Assembly (NCBI GenBank): GCA_032378655.1
Contig: JAVYJS010000006.1
Location: 13,685 to 77,684 of the forward strand
Source: Candidatus Arsenophonus melophagi
GTDB taxonomy: Bacteria; Pseudomonadota; Gammaproteobacteria; Enterobacterales; Enterobacteriaceae
Direction of reading: 5' to 3'
Length of the DNA stretch: 64,000 bases
Of this stretch, positions 23,516 to 36,344 are shown piece after piece; the first letter of the stretch is position 1, and every line of letters begins with the position of its first letter. The position numbers were made by a program, and so were the translations under genes. The notes under the pieces are model-generated. The model did not search any database. It was not told the origin of the DNA and saw only the letters and a list, made by a program, of their open reading frames with translations.

Positions 23516-23753
23516 ATAATTAACTTGCGCTTTTTTTAAAGTATAATAACTTATTTTCCAGTAGCTAACATATGCTAATAACTTTCTGCAGGTAGCGTCA
23601 ATAAGACTAAAATGGCAGTCGGGTTATCATGCCATTCTTAATATATGGATGTTTATCTGTAATTTACTCAACAAGTAAATAAATTTACTTTATCATTATT
23701 TTGTTTAAAATTAGTGTTAATAAAACTAATGTTAAACAAAATAGAAAAAGAAA

Positions 23754-24788
23754 ATGCAAGATAATGCAGGCAGCCAAACATTAATACCAGATAAAAAACT
23801 CACTATATCTACAGGTTATTACGATTACCATCGTTTTAGTGTAGCACCGATGTTGCATCGGACCGATCGCCATTGTCGATATTTTCATAGGTTATTAACT
23901 AATAAAGCATTACTTTATACTGAAATGATTACAACTGGTGCACTCATGTATGGTAAATGCAATTACCTGAATTCGAGTAAAGAGGAGAACCCTATTGCTC
24001 TGCAGTTGGGCGGTAATGAGCCTAAAGCCTTAGGAAAATGTGCAAAAATAGCTCAAAAAAATGGCTATAATGAGGTTAATTTGAATATTGGTTGTCCTTT
24101 GGATCAAGGACAAAATAACCAATTTGGCGCTTCTTTAATGCGTAAAAGCTTACTCGTAGCCAATTGTATAAAAGCCATGCAGGATTCCGCAACGATTCCA
24201 ATAACAGTTAAAACACGAATTGGTGTTGATAATGATGATAGTTACATGTTTTTAACCGATTTTATTGATAAAATCGTGCAAAATAGTCAATGCCGTTTGT
24301 TTATTATTCATGCACGCAAAGCTTGGCTATCCGGTTTAAGTCCAAAACAAAATCGAGAAATACCACCGTTAGACTATTTACGAGTCTATCAATTAAAAAA
24401 GGATTTTCCTCAGCTAATCATTGTGATTAATGGCGGGATTAAAAGCATTTGTGAGGCTAAACAACATTTAAGTCATATTGATGGTGTCATGATGGGTAGA
24501 GAAGCCTACAAGAATCCAGCATTATTAGCTCACGTTGATTTTGAATTCTTTAATCAAAGAAGACTCACTCTTAACCCGATTGATGCAGTAAAAGCAATGT
24601 ATCCTTACATTGAACGTGAGTTGAAAAATGGAACTTATTTAGACCATATTACTCGTCACATGTTGGGCATATTTCAATCTATGCCTGGTTCTCGAGCATG
24701 GCGTCGTTATTTAAGTGAACATGCCTATGAACAAGGCGCCGATTTGACTGTTGTTAAGCAGGCACTGAAGTTTATTACTAATAAATAA
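23754..24788 (+). CDS. dusA: tRNA-dihydrouridine(20/20a) synthase
   Basis: RFSVAPMLHRTDRHCRYF, NLNIGCP (catalytic Cys motif), IIHARKAWLSGLSPKQNREIPPLDY and MYPYIERELKNGTYL.HITRHMLG match E. coli DusA. Confidence 0.95.
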   Translation: MQDNAGSQTLIPDKKLTISTGYYDYHRFSVAPMLHRTDRHCRYFHRLLTNKALLYTEMITTGALMYGKCNYLNSSKEENPIALQLGGNEPKALGKCAKIAQKNGYNEVNLNIGCPLDQGQNNQFGASLMRKSLLVANCIKAMQDSATIPITVKTRIGVDNDDSYMFLTDFIDKIVQNSQCRLFIIHARKAWLSGLSPKQNREIPPLDYLRVYQLKKDFPQLIIVINGGIKSICEAKQHLSHIDGVMMGREAYKNPALLAHVDFEFFNQRRLTLNPIDAVKAMYPYIERELKNGTYLDHITRHMLGIFQSMPGSRAWRRYLSEHAYEQGADLTVVKQALKFITNK

Positions 24789-25204
24789 AGATTGATTCGG
24801 ATTGGTTTTATTTAGGCCAAACTTGGATATAAATGAATAAATATTGATCTTAGTTTCATTAAGCGAAAACTAAGATACGATTAAAATTATTTAAATATAG
24901 AACATATGAATAACGAAAGCTTCTGTAATATTTAATTTTTCTTTTGAATCCTATCTCTCAGGATGAACCAATTTTAAAAAAATTATTTTCCGTTAATGGT
25001 ATAACAAGATTAATTGCTGAAATTAACTAATGCATTATTGGTATAATCTCATACTAAGAAGTATGTCAAATGTTAATTAACAGATCGCTTGAAACTCATC
25101 ACTCAAAATCAGTTTTACTGTAAACATAATGAATCAATGTATTGATCTATAAAGAACTTTTTTAACAATTAAAGTCCTTAATGAAAGGAGCTTATTTATG
25201 AAAT

Positions 25205-25234
25205 ATAAAACTATTCATTAATGAATAGTTTTAT
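25205..25234. repeat. Perfect 30-nt palindrome immediately upstream of dnaB
   Basis: ataaaactattcatt|aatgaatagttttat ends 6 nt before the ATG at 25241. Confidence 0.93.
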
Positions 25235-25240
25235 GGATTA

Positions 25241-26668
25241 ATGGGTAAAGAAAGTCATATGGCGAAAAAATATTCTACAAAAAGCATGTTTATGAGTCAT
25301 AAAGATCCTCAAATAGATGGACTTAAAATTCCGCCTCATTCTTTAGAAGCAGAGCAATCTGTACTTGGAGGATTGATGTTGGATAACGAGCGTTGGGATT
25401 ATGTCTCAGAACGTATAACCAATGCAGACTTTTTCAGTCAGCCACATCGTACTATTTTTGCTGAGATGCAACGTCTTATTGAGCAGCGAAGACCAATTGA
25501 TCTAATTACTTTATCTGAATCACTAGATCAGAAAAGGGAACTAGATAACGTCGGAGGCTTTGCTTATTTAGCAGAGTTAGCTAAAAATACTCCGAGTGCT
25601 GCCAATATTAACGCCTATGCAGATATTGTGCGTGAACGTGCTATAGTCCGTGATATGATTACAGTAGCAAATGAAATTGCTGATGCTGGTTATTATCCTA
25701 AAGGTCGCACTAGCGCAGAATTATTAGATTTAGCTGAGTCACGCGTTTTTCAAATAGCAGAAACTCGCGCCAGCAAGTATAATGGTCCGAAAGGGATTGA
25801 CGAGATCTTATCGGAAACTATAGAAAAAATCGAACAACTCTATCAAAAGCCGCATGATGGTGTGACAGGCATATCGACTGGTTTTCAGGATCTAGATAGA
25901 AAAACTTCAGGATTACAAAATTCTGACCTGATTATTATAGCGGCTCGCCCTTCAATGGGCAAAACTACTTTTGCAATGAATTTATGTGAACATGCAGCAA
26001 TGACAGAAGAAAAACCGGTATTAGTTTTTAGTTTAGAAATGCCTGCTAATCAAATCATGATGCGTATGTTAGCCTCTCTATCTAGAGTGGATCAGACGCG
26101 TATTCGTACTGGTCAATTAGATGATGAAGATTGGGCTCGTATTGCAAGTACCATGGGATTGTTGATGAAAAAGCGCAATATGTACATTGATGATTCTACC
26201 GGATTAACACCAACAGAAGTACGTTCACGTGCTAGACGTGTTTACCGTGAACATGGTGGTTTAAGTTTAATAATGATTGATTATCTTCAACTTATGCGAG
26301 TTCCTGATATATCTGAGAGTCGTACACTTGAGATTGCGGAAATCTCTCGTTCTCTGAAGTCATTAGCAAAAGAGTTACAAATGCCGGTGATTGCATTATC
26401 ACAGCTTAATCGCAGCTTGGAACAAAGAGCAGATAAAAAACCAGTTAATTCAGATTTACGAGAATCAGGTTCCATTGAACAAGATGCTGATTTAATTATG
26501 TTTATTTATCGAGATGAAGTGTATAACGATAATTCAGATTTTAAAGGAGTAGCAGAAATTATTATTGGTAAGCAGCGTAATGGCCCAATAGGAACAGTAC
26601 GTCTGACTTTTAATGGGCAATGGTCTCGTTTTGATAACTATGCCGAATCAATCTACCAGGATAAATAA
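25241..26668 (+). CDS. dnaB: Replicative DNA helicase DnaB
   Basis: It has long near-identical blocks with E. coli DnaB: [23 protein letters not shown], the Walker [25 protein letters not shown], and [42 protein letters not shown]. An alternative start is the ATG at 25259. Confidence 0.97.
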   Translation: MGKESHMAKKYSTKSMFMSHKDPQIDGLKIPPHSLEAEQSVLGGLMLDNERWDYVSERITNADFFSQPHRTIFAEMQRLIEQRRPIDLITLSESLDQKRELDNVGGFAYLAELAKNTPSAANINAYADIVRERAIVRDMITVANEIADAGYYPKGRTSAELLDLAESRVFQIAETRASKYNGPKGIDEILSETIEKIEQLYQKPHDGVTGISTGFQDLDRKTSGLQNSDLIIIAARPSMGKTTFAMNLCEHAAMTEEKPVLVFSLEMPANQIMMRMLASLSRVDQTRIRTGQLDDEDWARIASTMGLLMKKRNMYIDDSTGLTPTEVRSRARRVYREHGGLSLIMIDYLQLMRVPDISESRTLEIAEISRSLKSLAKELQMPVIALSQLNRSLEQRADKKPVNSDLRESGSIEQDADLIMFIYRDEVYNDNSDFKGVAEIIIGKQRNGPIGTVRLTFNGQWSRFDNYAESIYQDK

Positions 26669-26706
26669 TATATTTATGTATTTACATATTTATAATGGAG
26701 AGCAAG

Positions 26707-27792
26707 ATGGAAACGGCAACCGCTGTCATTCAGCGTCGTGCTCTGCGCTATAATTTACAACGAGTTCGAGAAATTGTGATTAATAGCCGAATAATAGCTG
26801 TTGTTAAGGCTAATGCCTATGGGCATGGTTTATTAGAAACAGCAAGAACAGTTAAAGATATAACTGATAGTTTTTGTGTTGCTCGGATTAGTGAAGCAAT
26901 AACATTACGTGAAAATGGTATTGATAATCCCATTTTATTATTAGAAGGTTTTTTTGATCAGTCTGAATTACCTTTAGTCACTAGATATTCGCTTGACGTA
27001 GTTATACAAGGTACTGAACAACTTGAAATATTAGAGCAGATTAAATTAGAAAAACCGATAAAAGTTTGGATGAAGATTGATACCGGCATGCATCGGTTGG
27101 GATTTAGACCTGAAGAATCAGAAATATCTTATTCGCGTTTGATTGCATGCAAAAATATCCAAAAGCCAATCAATATCATGAGCCATTTTAGTTGCGCTAA
27201 TGAACCAGAGCTACAGGAAGTTACCAATCAACAATTGGCTTGTTTCAATGCTTTCATCAAAGACAAGCCTGGTGAAAAATCTATTGCTTCATCTGCCGGT
27301 ATTCTATTATGGGCAGCATCCTATTTTGATTGTGTGCGACCAGGAATTATGATGTATGGTGCTTCGCCACAAGAAGGTAAGCAAGGTAAGGATTTTGGTC
27401 TTTTAGCAGCAATGACTCTGAAATCTAATTTAATTGCTATTCGTCAACATAAAGCTAGAGAACCGGTTGGTTATGGAGGAGTTTGGGTTAGTGAGCAGGA
27501 TACTAGTCTTGGTGTAGTCGCAATTGGTTATGGGGATGGTTATCCTCGTAATGCTCCGTCAGGTACACCGGTAGTAATCAATGGAAGAAAAGTACCAATT
27601 GTTGGCAGAGTTTCTATGGATATGATCTCAGTAGATTTAAAAATTAAAAACAAAGATAAGGTTGGCGACGAAGTAATTATATGGGGAGATTTATTGCCTG
27701 TTGAAGAAGTAGCAGCGCATATTGGAGTTAGTAATTATGAATTACTGACAACACTCACTTCGAGAGTGGCAATGAAGTACATAGATGAATAA
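26707..27792 (+). CDS. alr: Alanine racemase (biosynthetic)
   Basis: [22 protein letters not shown] aligns with E. coli [22 protein letters not shown]. The PLP-lysine motif is [11 protein letters not shown]. It is 361 aa from 26707. The ORF track starts at 26695. Confidence 0.95.
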   Translation: METATAVIQRRALRYNLQRVREIVINSRIIAVVKANAYGHGLLETARTVKDITDSFCVARISEAITLRENGIDNPILLLEGFFDQSELPLVTRYSLDVVIQGTEQLEILEQIKLEKPIKVWMKIDTGMHRLGFRPEESEISYSRLIACKNIQKPINIMSHFSCANEPELQEVTNQQLACFNAFIKDKPGEKSIASSAGILLWAASYFDCVRPGIMMYGASPQEGKQGKDFGLLAAMTLKSNLIAIRQHKAREPVGYGGVWVSEQDTSLGVVAIGYGDGYPRNAPSGTPVVINGRKVPIVGRVSMDMISVDLKIKNKDKVGDEVIIWGDLLPVEEVAAHIGVSNYELLTTLTSRVAMKYIDE

Positions 27793-28077
27793 ATTTATCG
27801 TAGATTATGTAATAATAACACTCTGTACGGAGAGTGACAGAAAACTGTGAGTATTTTCCGTTTTAGTTTTTCAAAATGTAAATACTTTGTCGGTGCTCTT
27901 GCTCTTGCTAAGAGCAAGATAGATCACTCTTGTTTTGATCGTTTAAAACCTCTCTTAGAGATAGGCCATTAATAACAGTGACAAAAATTACACTAGTGCT
28001 TACTATCTGAGGCTCATAGTATTTGTAGCAGTTGCTGTGCTATCCATTTTATCTAGAAAATGATAAAATGCAGCTTT

Positions 28078-28135
28078 CAGTTAAATTAAAATCAATTCCT
28101 GATTGCACAATCAGGAATTGATTTTAATTTAACTG
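28078..28135. repeat. Perfect hairpin, 27-bp stem, 4-nt loop, between convergent alr and uvrA
   Basis: Arms are cagttaaattaaaatcaattcctgatt (28078-28104) and aatcaggaattgattttaatttaactg (28109-28135), with a gcac loop. Confidence 0.95.
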
Positions 28136-29071
28136 TCATATCAACCAATAATCAATGAGTTGATCAACTACTTATTCAAGTAGTTATTTGAAGAAATAAG
28201 AAGTATAATAATTAATGCAGTGACCTGATCATCCTCTTCAGGACTTCATAGAAAATTACAAATTTTAGAATAACAGTAGTTTTATTTATTGCTCAATCCT
28301 AGCAGGATTTAGTTGCTATGGTTTTCATTTTAGAAAAGTAGATTTACCTTTAATAATTTTATTAAAAATACTGAATTAACAACGAGCATTATGCTAATAT
28401 AAGCATAAACATAATAGAATAATCTATTCATGATTACTAATCAATGGATGCATTAGTTATTAATATATGATACTTCAATGAAGTAATCAATATTGCTAAG
28501 TGTAATCTCGTTATGTATACAATGTTAATTCTTTTCTTTAGAAACCATGATGTCATAGTTATGATGCATCCAAAATTACTGCAATTGATATAATGATAAC
28601 ATTTAGTTTACTGAAATAATTTTATGAATCATGAAGTTTTTATTCTAACCTAGATAAAAAACTCTGTAATTTTAGTTTGTTAATTTTTGTTCTACTGTTT
28701 TTGCATAAAAATGTGATGCTATCAATTAGAATAGATACTGCGATTCCACTGCAATAAAATCATGTTACCAAGGTATGATTTAATTGGAAGAGATAAGGCG
28801 TTTTAGTGACCTTAAATAGGAAGATGTAGAGTGATTAAAACTGTATGCAGTTAAATCATAAAAACAGCAATGATATTAGAACATTTTCTTAATTTTTTAG
28901 TAACTTTACATGATTTGTATCATCGTTGTATTGTTGTTATTTATTGCTATTTCATATTTTAATGGTGTTGTCTAAAAAACGATTAGCTATAGATACCAAT
29001 TATTTAAGTAATGTTTTCAATCTACTAAAACCACATGCCTTGCAATTTTAAAAGGAAAGGTAAATAGGTTA

Positions 29072-31906
29072 CTAGTAACCATACTGTAATATCGGTTTCA
29101 AAAATTGACCAGTATATGATGTCTTACATTTTACTATCTGCTCTGGAGTACCAGAAAATAAGATCTCACCACCACTACTACCACCTTCTGGTCCGAGATC
29201 AACAATCCAGTCGGCTGTTTTGATTACGTCTAAATTGTGTTCAATAATCACAATAGTATTACCCTGATTACGAAGTTGATGTAATACATGCAATAGTTGT
29301 TGAATATCAAAAAAATGTAAGCCATTGGTTGGTTCGTCTAAAATATAAAGCGTTTTTCCAGTTCCACGTTTAGAAAGTTCTCGAGATAATTTAATTCTTT
29401 GTGCTTCACCACCGGATAAAGTACTTGCTGGTTGACCTAAATGAATATAAGACAGTCCGACGTCAATTAATGTTTGCAATTTTCGCGTTAATACAGGAAC
29501 AACGGAAAAATATTCATGAGCTTCCTCAATAGTCATTTCTAATACTTCGTGAATATTTTTGGTTTTATATTTAACCTCTAAGGTTTCACGATTATAGCGT
29601 TTACCATTACAGTGATCACAGGATACATAAACATCAGGTAGAAAATGCATCGCAACTTTGATCACACCATCTCCTTTGCAAGCTTCGCAACGACCTCCTT
29701 TTACATTAAAACTGAACCTACCAGGGGTATAACCACGCGCTCGAGATTCAGGAACACCAGCAAATAATTCCCTTACTGGAGTCAATACTCCAGTATAGGT
29801 AGCTGGATTAGATCTAGGAGTACGACCTATCGGCTTTTGATTAATATTAATTACTTTATCTAAGAATTGTAATCCTTCAATATCTTTATAAGGGGCAGGA
29901 TCTACATGGGTAGATTTATTTAATTGTCTCTGAACAATAGGAAATAAAGTATCATTGATCAAAGTGGATTTACCTGATCCAGAAACTCCGGTAATACAGG
30001 TAAATAAACCAATAGGTAGTTCTAATGTGATATTTTTTAAATTATTACCTTTCGCACCAATTAACTTAATGATTCTTTCTGCATTGCAAGATATTCGTTT
30101 AGGTGGAATAATAATTTTACGTTCACCACTAAGATATTTTCCGGTTAAAGAGTCTGGATTGCTAATAATATCGTCTATGCTCCCTTGAGCAACGATATGT
30201 CCACCATGTATTCCTGGTCCAGGACCAACATCAATAATATGATCTGCAGTGCGGATCGCATCTTCATCATGTTCAACAACAATAACAGTATTACCTAAAT
30301 TCCGTAATTGCAGCAAAGTTTGCAATAACCTAGCATTATCTCGTTGATGTAAGCCAATGGAAGGTTCGTCCAATACATACATGACACCTACTAAACCAGC
30401 ACCAATTTGACTTGCCAACCGAATACGTTGTGCTTCACCACCGGATAAAGTGTCAGCGGAACGAGAAAGAGTAAGGTAATTTAATCCTACGTTAACTAAA
30501 AATTTTAGTCGATCATTAATTTCTTTTAAAATTTTTTCTGCAATTTGTCCACGTTGCCCACTAAATTGCAAGGTTTGTAAAAATGCCATCACATTGTCAA
30601 TACTCAAATCAGAAATTTCAGATAGAGTGGCGTTTTTAATAAACACACAATGGGCTTCTTTTCGTAATCGGGTTCCATGACAGTCCATGCATGGTCGATT
30701 ATTGATATATTTTGCTAGTTCCTCACGCACTGCTTTTGATTCAGTTTCTTTATAACGTTTTTCCATATGATGGATTATGCCCTCAAATGGGCGCTGCCTG
30801 ATAATAATATCACCATGATCGTTTTGATATTTAAAGTCAATTATTTCTTCTCCAGAACCATATAAGATAACTTGCTTGATTGTTGGATCTAACGAACTAA
30901 AGATTGCATTAACATCAAAGTGATAATGTTTAGCTAATGACTGTAGCATCTGAAAATAATCAAAGTGGCGTTGATCCCAACCATATATTGCCCCAGCAGC
31001 CAAAGAAATTGTTTCGTTTTTAATTATATGATCTGGATCAAAAAATTGTTGTACTCCTAGTCCATCACAAGAGCTACAAGCCCCTGCGGGATTATTGAAG
31101 GAAAAAAGGCGCGGTTCTAATTCACTCATACTGTAATCACATACTGGACAGGAAAGAGTAGCGGAAAAAATAAGTTTGTTTTCTTGGCTATCATCTATAT
31201 CAGTAATCACTGCAATGCCTCCTGATAGATTAAGTGTAGCTTCAAAGGATTCAGCCAGTCGTTGCATGAGTTCAGTATGAACTTTGAAACGATCAACAAC
31301 TACTTCAATAGTATGCTTTTTATATAGTTCTAATTTAGGTGGATTAGATAGATCGTAAACTTTGCCATCAATACGAGCGCGCAGATAACCTTGTTTTGCC
31401 AAATTATCTAATAGTTTAATATGTTCACCTTTACGCTCTTTAAGTATCGGCGCCAATAACATTAATCGCTTTCCTTGCTTCAAGGCCATGATGTTATCAA
31501 CCATCTGACTAACTGTCTGTGCAATTAACGATATATTGTGATTAGGACAACGCGGCTCACCAACACGTGCAAATAATAGACGAAAATAATCGTAGATTTC
31601 TGTGATTGTTCCTACTGTTGAACGTGGGTTGTATGAGGTGGTTTTTTGATCAATAGAAATAGCTGGCGATAGTCCCGAAATATGATCAACATCCGGTTTT
31701 TCCATTAATGATAAAAACTGCCGAGCATAGGTAGATAGTGATTCAACATATCGTCGTTGACCTTCTGCGTAAAGAGTATCAAATGCCAGTGATGATTTTC
31801 CTGAGCCAGACAATCCAGTAATAACAATCAAATTATTCCGAGGAATAATTAGATGGATATTTTTTAAATTATGGGTTCGTGCTCCTTTGACTTCAATTTT
31901 ATTCAT
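29072..31906 (-). CDS. uvrA: Excinuclease ABC subunit A
   Basis: [17 protein letters not shown] aligns with E. coli [17 protein letters not shown]. It has two ABC modules (GLSGSGKSS and GVSGSGKST; two LSGGEAQRI signatures) and zinc-finger cysteines. The start at Met4 gives about 944 aa. Confidence 0.97.
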   Translation of the reverse strand: MNKIEVKGARTHNLKNIHLIIPRNNLIVITGLSGSGKSSLAFDTLYAEGQRRYVESLSTYARQFLSLMEKPDVDHISGLSPAISIDQKTTSYNPRSTVGTITEIYDYFRLLFARVGEPRCPNHNISLIAQTVSQMVDNIMALKQGKRLMLLAPILKERKGEHIKLLDNLAKQGYLRARIDGKVYDLSNPPKLELYKKHTIEVVVDRFKVHTELMQRLAESFEATLNLSGGIAVITDIDDSQENKLIFSATLSCPVCDYSMSELEPRLFSFNNPAGACSSCDGLGVQQFFDPDHIIKNETISLAAGAIYGWDQRHFDYFQMLQSLAKHYHFDVNAIFSSLDPTIKQVILYGSGEEIIDFKYQNDHGDIIIRQRPFEGIIHHMEKRYKETESKAVREELAKYINNRPCMDCHGTRLRKEAHCVFIKNATLSEISDLSIDNVMAFLQTLQFSGQRGQIAEKILKEINDRLKFLVNVGLNYLTLSRSADTLSGGEAQRIRLASQIGAGLVGVMYVLDEPSIGLHQRDNARLLQTLLQLRNLGNTVIVVEHDEDAIRTADHIIDVGPGPGIHGGHIVAQGSIDDIISNPDSLTGKYLSGERKIIIPPKRISCNAERIIKLIGAKGNNLKNITLELPIGLFTCITGVSGSGKSTLINDTLFPIVQRQLNKSTHVDPAPYKDIEGLQFLDKVININQKPIGRTPRSNPATYTGVLTPVRELFAGVPESRARGYTPGRFSFNVKGGRCEACKGDGVIKVAMHFLPDVYVSCDHCNGKRYNRETLEVKYKTKNIHEVLEMTIEEAHEYFSVVPVLTRKLQTLIDVGLSYIHLGQPASTLSGGEAQRIKLSRELSKRGTGKTLYILDEPTNGLHFFDIQQLLHVLHQLRNQGNTIVIIEHNLDVIKTADWIVDLGPEGGSSGGEILFSGTPEQIVKCKTSYTGQFLKPILQYGY

Positions 31907-32084
31907 ATATTGCATCCTGAATAAGGATTCCGGTAAAAATAAATAAAAAAATAAATAAATGTTTAAATTATATTCCTGACAGCATAAATATTACAGTATA
32001 GGCTTCTATATTCAATAGCATGTTCATATGCTAAGCTAGTAAAGGACATACATTAGGTTAATAATAAAACATCAGGAGTATCAA

Positions 32085-32624
32085 ATGGCCAACAGAGGCG
32101 TTAACAAAGTCATACTTATCGGTAACCTTGGACAAGATCCTGAAATTCGCTATATGCCAAATGGCGGTGCAGTTGCCAATTTTACATTGGCAACCTCTGA
32201 AAGTTGGCGTGATAAGCAAAGTGGCGAAATGCGTGAAAAAACAGAGTGGCACCGTATTGTAATTTTTGGAAAACTAGCGGAAGTAGCGAGTGAATATTTA
32301 AATAAAGGCTCGCAAGTTTATATTGAAGGTTCTCTACAAAACCGTAAATGGCAAGATCAAAATGGCCAAGATCGCTACTTTACTGAAGTGGTAGTGAATA
32401 TTAGTGGTACCATGCAAATGCTCGGCGTTCGTAGTAGCTCACAAGAGGCCATATCACGCAATAATTCTGTTACTGTTGGGGGGCAACTACAGAAATCGGA
32501 ACAGTTAAAAACAAGTCAGCAGTTTACTGGTAGCAGTTCATCCAAAATTACACATGCAGGAAAAAATACTCCATTGACTCCGACTGAGCCACCATTAGAT
32601 TTTGACGATGATATTCCATTTTAA
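32085..32624 (+). CDS. ssb: Single-stranded DNA-binding protein
   Basis: The OB-fold N-terminus is [41 protein letters not shown] and the acidic tip is DFDDDIPF. It is divergent from uvrA, as in E. coli. Confidence 0.97.
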   Translation: MANRGVNKVILIGNLGQDPEIRYMPNGGAVANFTLATSESWRDKQSGEMREKTEWHRIVIFGKLAEVASEYLNKGSQVYIEGSLQNRKWQDQNGQDRYFTEVVVNISGTMQMLGVRSSSQEAISRNNSVTVGGQLQKSEQLKTSQQFTGSSSSKITHAGKNTPLTPTEPPLDFDDDIPF

Positions 32625-33730
32625 CTGATATGAACTGCTTCAGGTTTTAATTTTGCTTTGTCATTTTAATGTTACAGATAACCAAATTGTCTAGATAAAA
32701 TTCTAGGAATTATTCTGATTTCTGTAGACTGTTGTCCTTAATTAAGGGTGTACTTGGCATTATTCGTAAATCAATTTTTTAGTTTTTTCTAGTATCGTTT
32801 AAGAACGATTTTGGTTCTAGATATACGGGATTAACTATGAATAAACGTTACTTCAGTGCAAGTGATATAGGTTTTTAATTACAATGTTTTGATTTTTGTA
32901 CGTTTAAAAAGAAAAAATTGATGCACGTTAACATTAGTAATCCAAAGATCATAACTGGATCTTTGGTTTATATTATCATTTTACGCAATCTCACCGTATG
33001 GTAGATTGCGATAGGCCTTGGTGCGCTCGTTTCTAGCGATCAGTGAAGAGTTAGGTGAATGCTCAATAAATAGATTCTTTGGCTATTTGCATAGCCAATA
33101 CGGATAAAAGTAAATGGTAAGATTTATTTTTTATCCGTAACCTAAACAAGACAGATAAAATATCAAAGCCATTTGATATAGCATAATGCGTTGATATGCA
33201 AAACTGAATAAGAGAAAAATATAAGTTTTGCTCGAGCTAACTAAAATACAACTGATATTATACTATACTTTAATCATTTTTAAAATGATGTGTTTCATAA
33301 GGTATGATATACTTATAGTGATCTTTAAAATTTAGTCCTTAAGATCTCAAATAGTCTTGTAAGCTTTATAAGGTCAAGCTGTTTAATATGCCAGATTGCT
33401 TTTTAGATTATATGTTAGTCTTGCTTATGCTGCAAAAAATCAGATAACACAAAGTGTGCTACGTTATTTCACTTTTTTTGTAAAGAAAGTTATATCCTAT
33501 GCATGAGTAAGTTAAAAAAATAAAGATTAAATACCAAGAAAAGGAGCATAAAGGTTTATATCTATAAAATTAGAGCATACATATTCAGTATTTAATATGT
33601 AATTTAAAACTGCATATTAATAATAAAGCCAATCAAAAACATAATGCGGTTTTGAATAAACCTAACGTGAAGGTATTTAACTTAATGAAGTTAGATTACT
33701 CTTAACTCAAAAATCTAAAATAATAGTTTG

Positions 33731-33765
33731 GATCTATTTCTCTCTTGACATGAGAGAAATAGATC
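33731..33765. repeat. Perfect hairpin, 14-bp stem, 7-nt loop
   Basis: gatctatttctctc-ttgacat-gagagaaatagatc. Confidence 0.9.
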
Positions 33766-34305
33766 TTAAAATGCAGATCAATTGAGAATAACCAATAAAT
33801 CACTATAAGCACCAAAGAGCGCAATGTAAAATTACAGTTTTTACTTAATTTTGATATACTAATCACAATTAAGTATTTACTAGAGTCTGATTAAAGGCTT
33901 TCTTTGGAGTTTTGAACTAAGTACGCTTAGGATAATTAAGATCTTTTAGAAGTTTTCACTTCATACAAGAAGTACAAGTAAAAATGTATTTTATAGTCAT
34001 AAATCCCATACCTAAAACAGGTCATAAATTATAAAGAAGTGTTTAAGTTTCGATTGTAAAAATCATTTTATGTTTAAAAACATAAGTTTAGAGTTCTTTT
34101 TTAACCTACTAATATAGTATATAGGGTATATTATTTTTTAAAAAGTATTCTTCATGAATACAGGTAACTTATGACTTATTAATGTTTAATTTTATGACTT
34201 TTTATGTTAGTTTAACTAGATTCCATATGTATACATAAAGCCAATATGTTCAGTTAATATTTTCTATATTGTTTTATGTACTCAAAAGCTAGAAGGTTTT
34301 TAACC

Positions 34306-34340
34306 ATGCTCTAATTCTTCATTATGCTCTAATTCTTCAT
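34306..34340. repeat. Perfect tandem duplication, 17-nt copies, 18-nt period
   Basis: atgctctaattcttcat-t-atgctctaattcttcat. Confidence 0.92.
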
Positions 34341-34585
34341 GTTATAGGATATTGAAAATATATTTAAAACATTTATATCAATTTCTGATATTTCAGAACT
34401 GTATCATTGATTTTATTTTTTTATTTTTATAATTGGAATGGCGAATGATTTTTATTTGCCTTGCATATTATTTTGCTTTTATTTTATATAAAATAAATTA
34501 AAAGCATTTGATTTTTTATTAAATAATAAAAGAGTTTCATATTGTTATGATAATACATATATCATTATGTACATTTGATCATCTT

Positions 34586-34626
34586 TAATCAAATAATAAA
34601 TTGATATTGAATTTATTATTTGATTA
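34586..34626. repeat. Perfect hairpin, 17-bp stem, 7-nt loop
   Basis: taatcaaataataaatt-gatattg-aatttattatttgatta. Confidence 0.92.
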
Positions 34627-34754
34627 GCGTTATGGTATTGTTCATACTATTATTGATAGTTGAGGCAATGCATGCATACTCAAATGAACTAGACGTTACT
34701 TGAATTACTTGTGATGTTACTACTCCCTAAATAACACTTAATCTTTTATATAAG

Positions 34755-34792
34755 ATCACATGCTCTTCTATTTTATCAGAAGAACATGTGAT
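34755..34792. repeat. Inverted repeat, 15-bp arms with a single C/A mismatch, 8-nt loop
   Basis: Arms are atcacatgCtcttct and agaagaAcatgtgat. Confidence 0.85.
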
Positions 34793-34858
34793 TAAACCAT
34801 CTCTATCTTTGGCTACAGGTTTTTTAACCTGTATAGGAAAATCTCGTAAATAACGACC

Positions 34859-34883
34859 ATCCTCTCTCTTAAAGAGAGAGGAT
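34859..34883. repeat. Perfect palindrome, 12+1+12 nt
   Basis: atcctctctctt-a-aagagagaggat. Confidence 0.9.
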
Positions 34884-35475
34884 TAAAGTAAAACCTGATA
34901 TAGCACTAATTCTCTTGAAACCGTATTGTTGATAACAAAAAATTGCTGATTACATTGGTCAATACATTTCAATACACTTTCGGATAAACAATCCGTTCAA
35001 TAAAAAGTCTTTTAAAGAACAATTAATACCTATAGGTACTTAACAACAATTAATGAAAGATTGCTAGTCATTTATAATACTCACTGATCCATGATAAGCA
35101 AATAGTCAATAATATCTATGAAGTCTATGAGGATAATAAAATGAAATTAAAGTAATAACTCATTTTATATATTAGTAATAGCAATAGACAATCAATGGAT
35201 TTCTAATAATCCCATCTTTGATGATAAAGTGTAGTACAGAATAAGCATTATAGAAAAACTGATTATCTTTATAGACTGTTTTCGCTGAAAATACTATTCA
35301 ATTTCAATTTTAAAAAAGTATAAATATGATATACTTTACAATAAAACATTGTATAACATAAAGTAAAATAGTGCAGAAATCATAAACATCATCAGGCTTT
35401 CAATTATCAAGATTGACTGTAATTATTGTTTCGTGTATTATTAGAATAATGAATTGCAGCAACCAATTGACCAAC

Positions 35476-35495
35476 ATTAGTTGATATCAACTAAT
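35476..35495. repeat. Perfect 20-nt palindrome
   Basis: attagttgat|atcaactaat. Confidence 0.9.
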
Positions 35496-36344
35496 ACCTA
35501 CCTTTTTATTATTGTTTAGTTATAAAACAAAAATATTAAACAATAATTGTTATCTTTGCTTAAAAAGCAGCACATAAGAGCTAATGGTAAATAATGTAAC
35601 GGAACAATAAAATTGTAAAATGTTCTTATATATTGCAAGATATATGGTTTACAATCATAATGATTATGGAACGAGATTAGTTCGCTCAGATAATTTTACC
35701 GTTATCAAAAGCGTGAGAACTGATTGTTAATACCAGAATAGTTTTACATACAATAACAATTGTGTTCATTAATAATGTTAATGTTTACAACATTGCTTGA
35801 AACACTTAAATATTTAATGACATGATGAAGACGTTATGAGATAAAATAGTTACTTTATGATCACTATATCTACAAACAATATATCATTTTAATTCATATA
35901 TTTGATGCGCTATATTTCTCGCTTCTATCTAGGATAGATATCAATAAATAATGATATATCTTGAAATATTTGAGATCTCCTAATATTCGCGATCATCCGA
36001 GATAAAATTTTAAAAAATTTTCGGATCACTACCAATAGATTATTACTAATGATTAATAGGTTAGATTTCCTATTTACACTATATCACAAGATGAGATATT
36101 GTAAATCTGAGTTGAACAATATTGTTAACTCATTTAAGACTTTTTAGTGTTAAAAACATTTATGGAAAATCAATCCACTATTACTATGCAATGATAGTAT
36201 TTATAATATTTTAGCACCTCATTACTGCTAGCGATATTCTTTTATCTTTCTTACTAAAACATAATGTTATCATGAATAATGTAATTTGGATTTACTGACC
36301 AATAACTATTAGTGTTGGTATTTCACAAACTACATGAACAATCT

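Noticed and set aside
27819-27836. A weak hairpin after alr (cactct-gtacgg-agagtg). Similar weak hairpins follow yjcE (38770-38788), ssb (about 32640-32655) and dusA (24847-24877), all as possible terminators.
   Set aside because: The stems are only 5-10 bp, the loops are long or a contiguous U-tract is missing. They cannot be distinguished from background by eye, so I did not list them as features.
31907-32084. The LexA (SOS) box expected in the divergent uvrA-ssb promoter region, as in E. coli.
   Set aside because: I scanned for CTG-N10-CAG. The only CTGs (31917 and 31976) are not followed by CAG at the right spacing. Either the box has decayed or lexA regulation is lost. I cannot tell which from this window.
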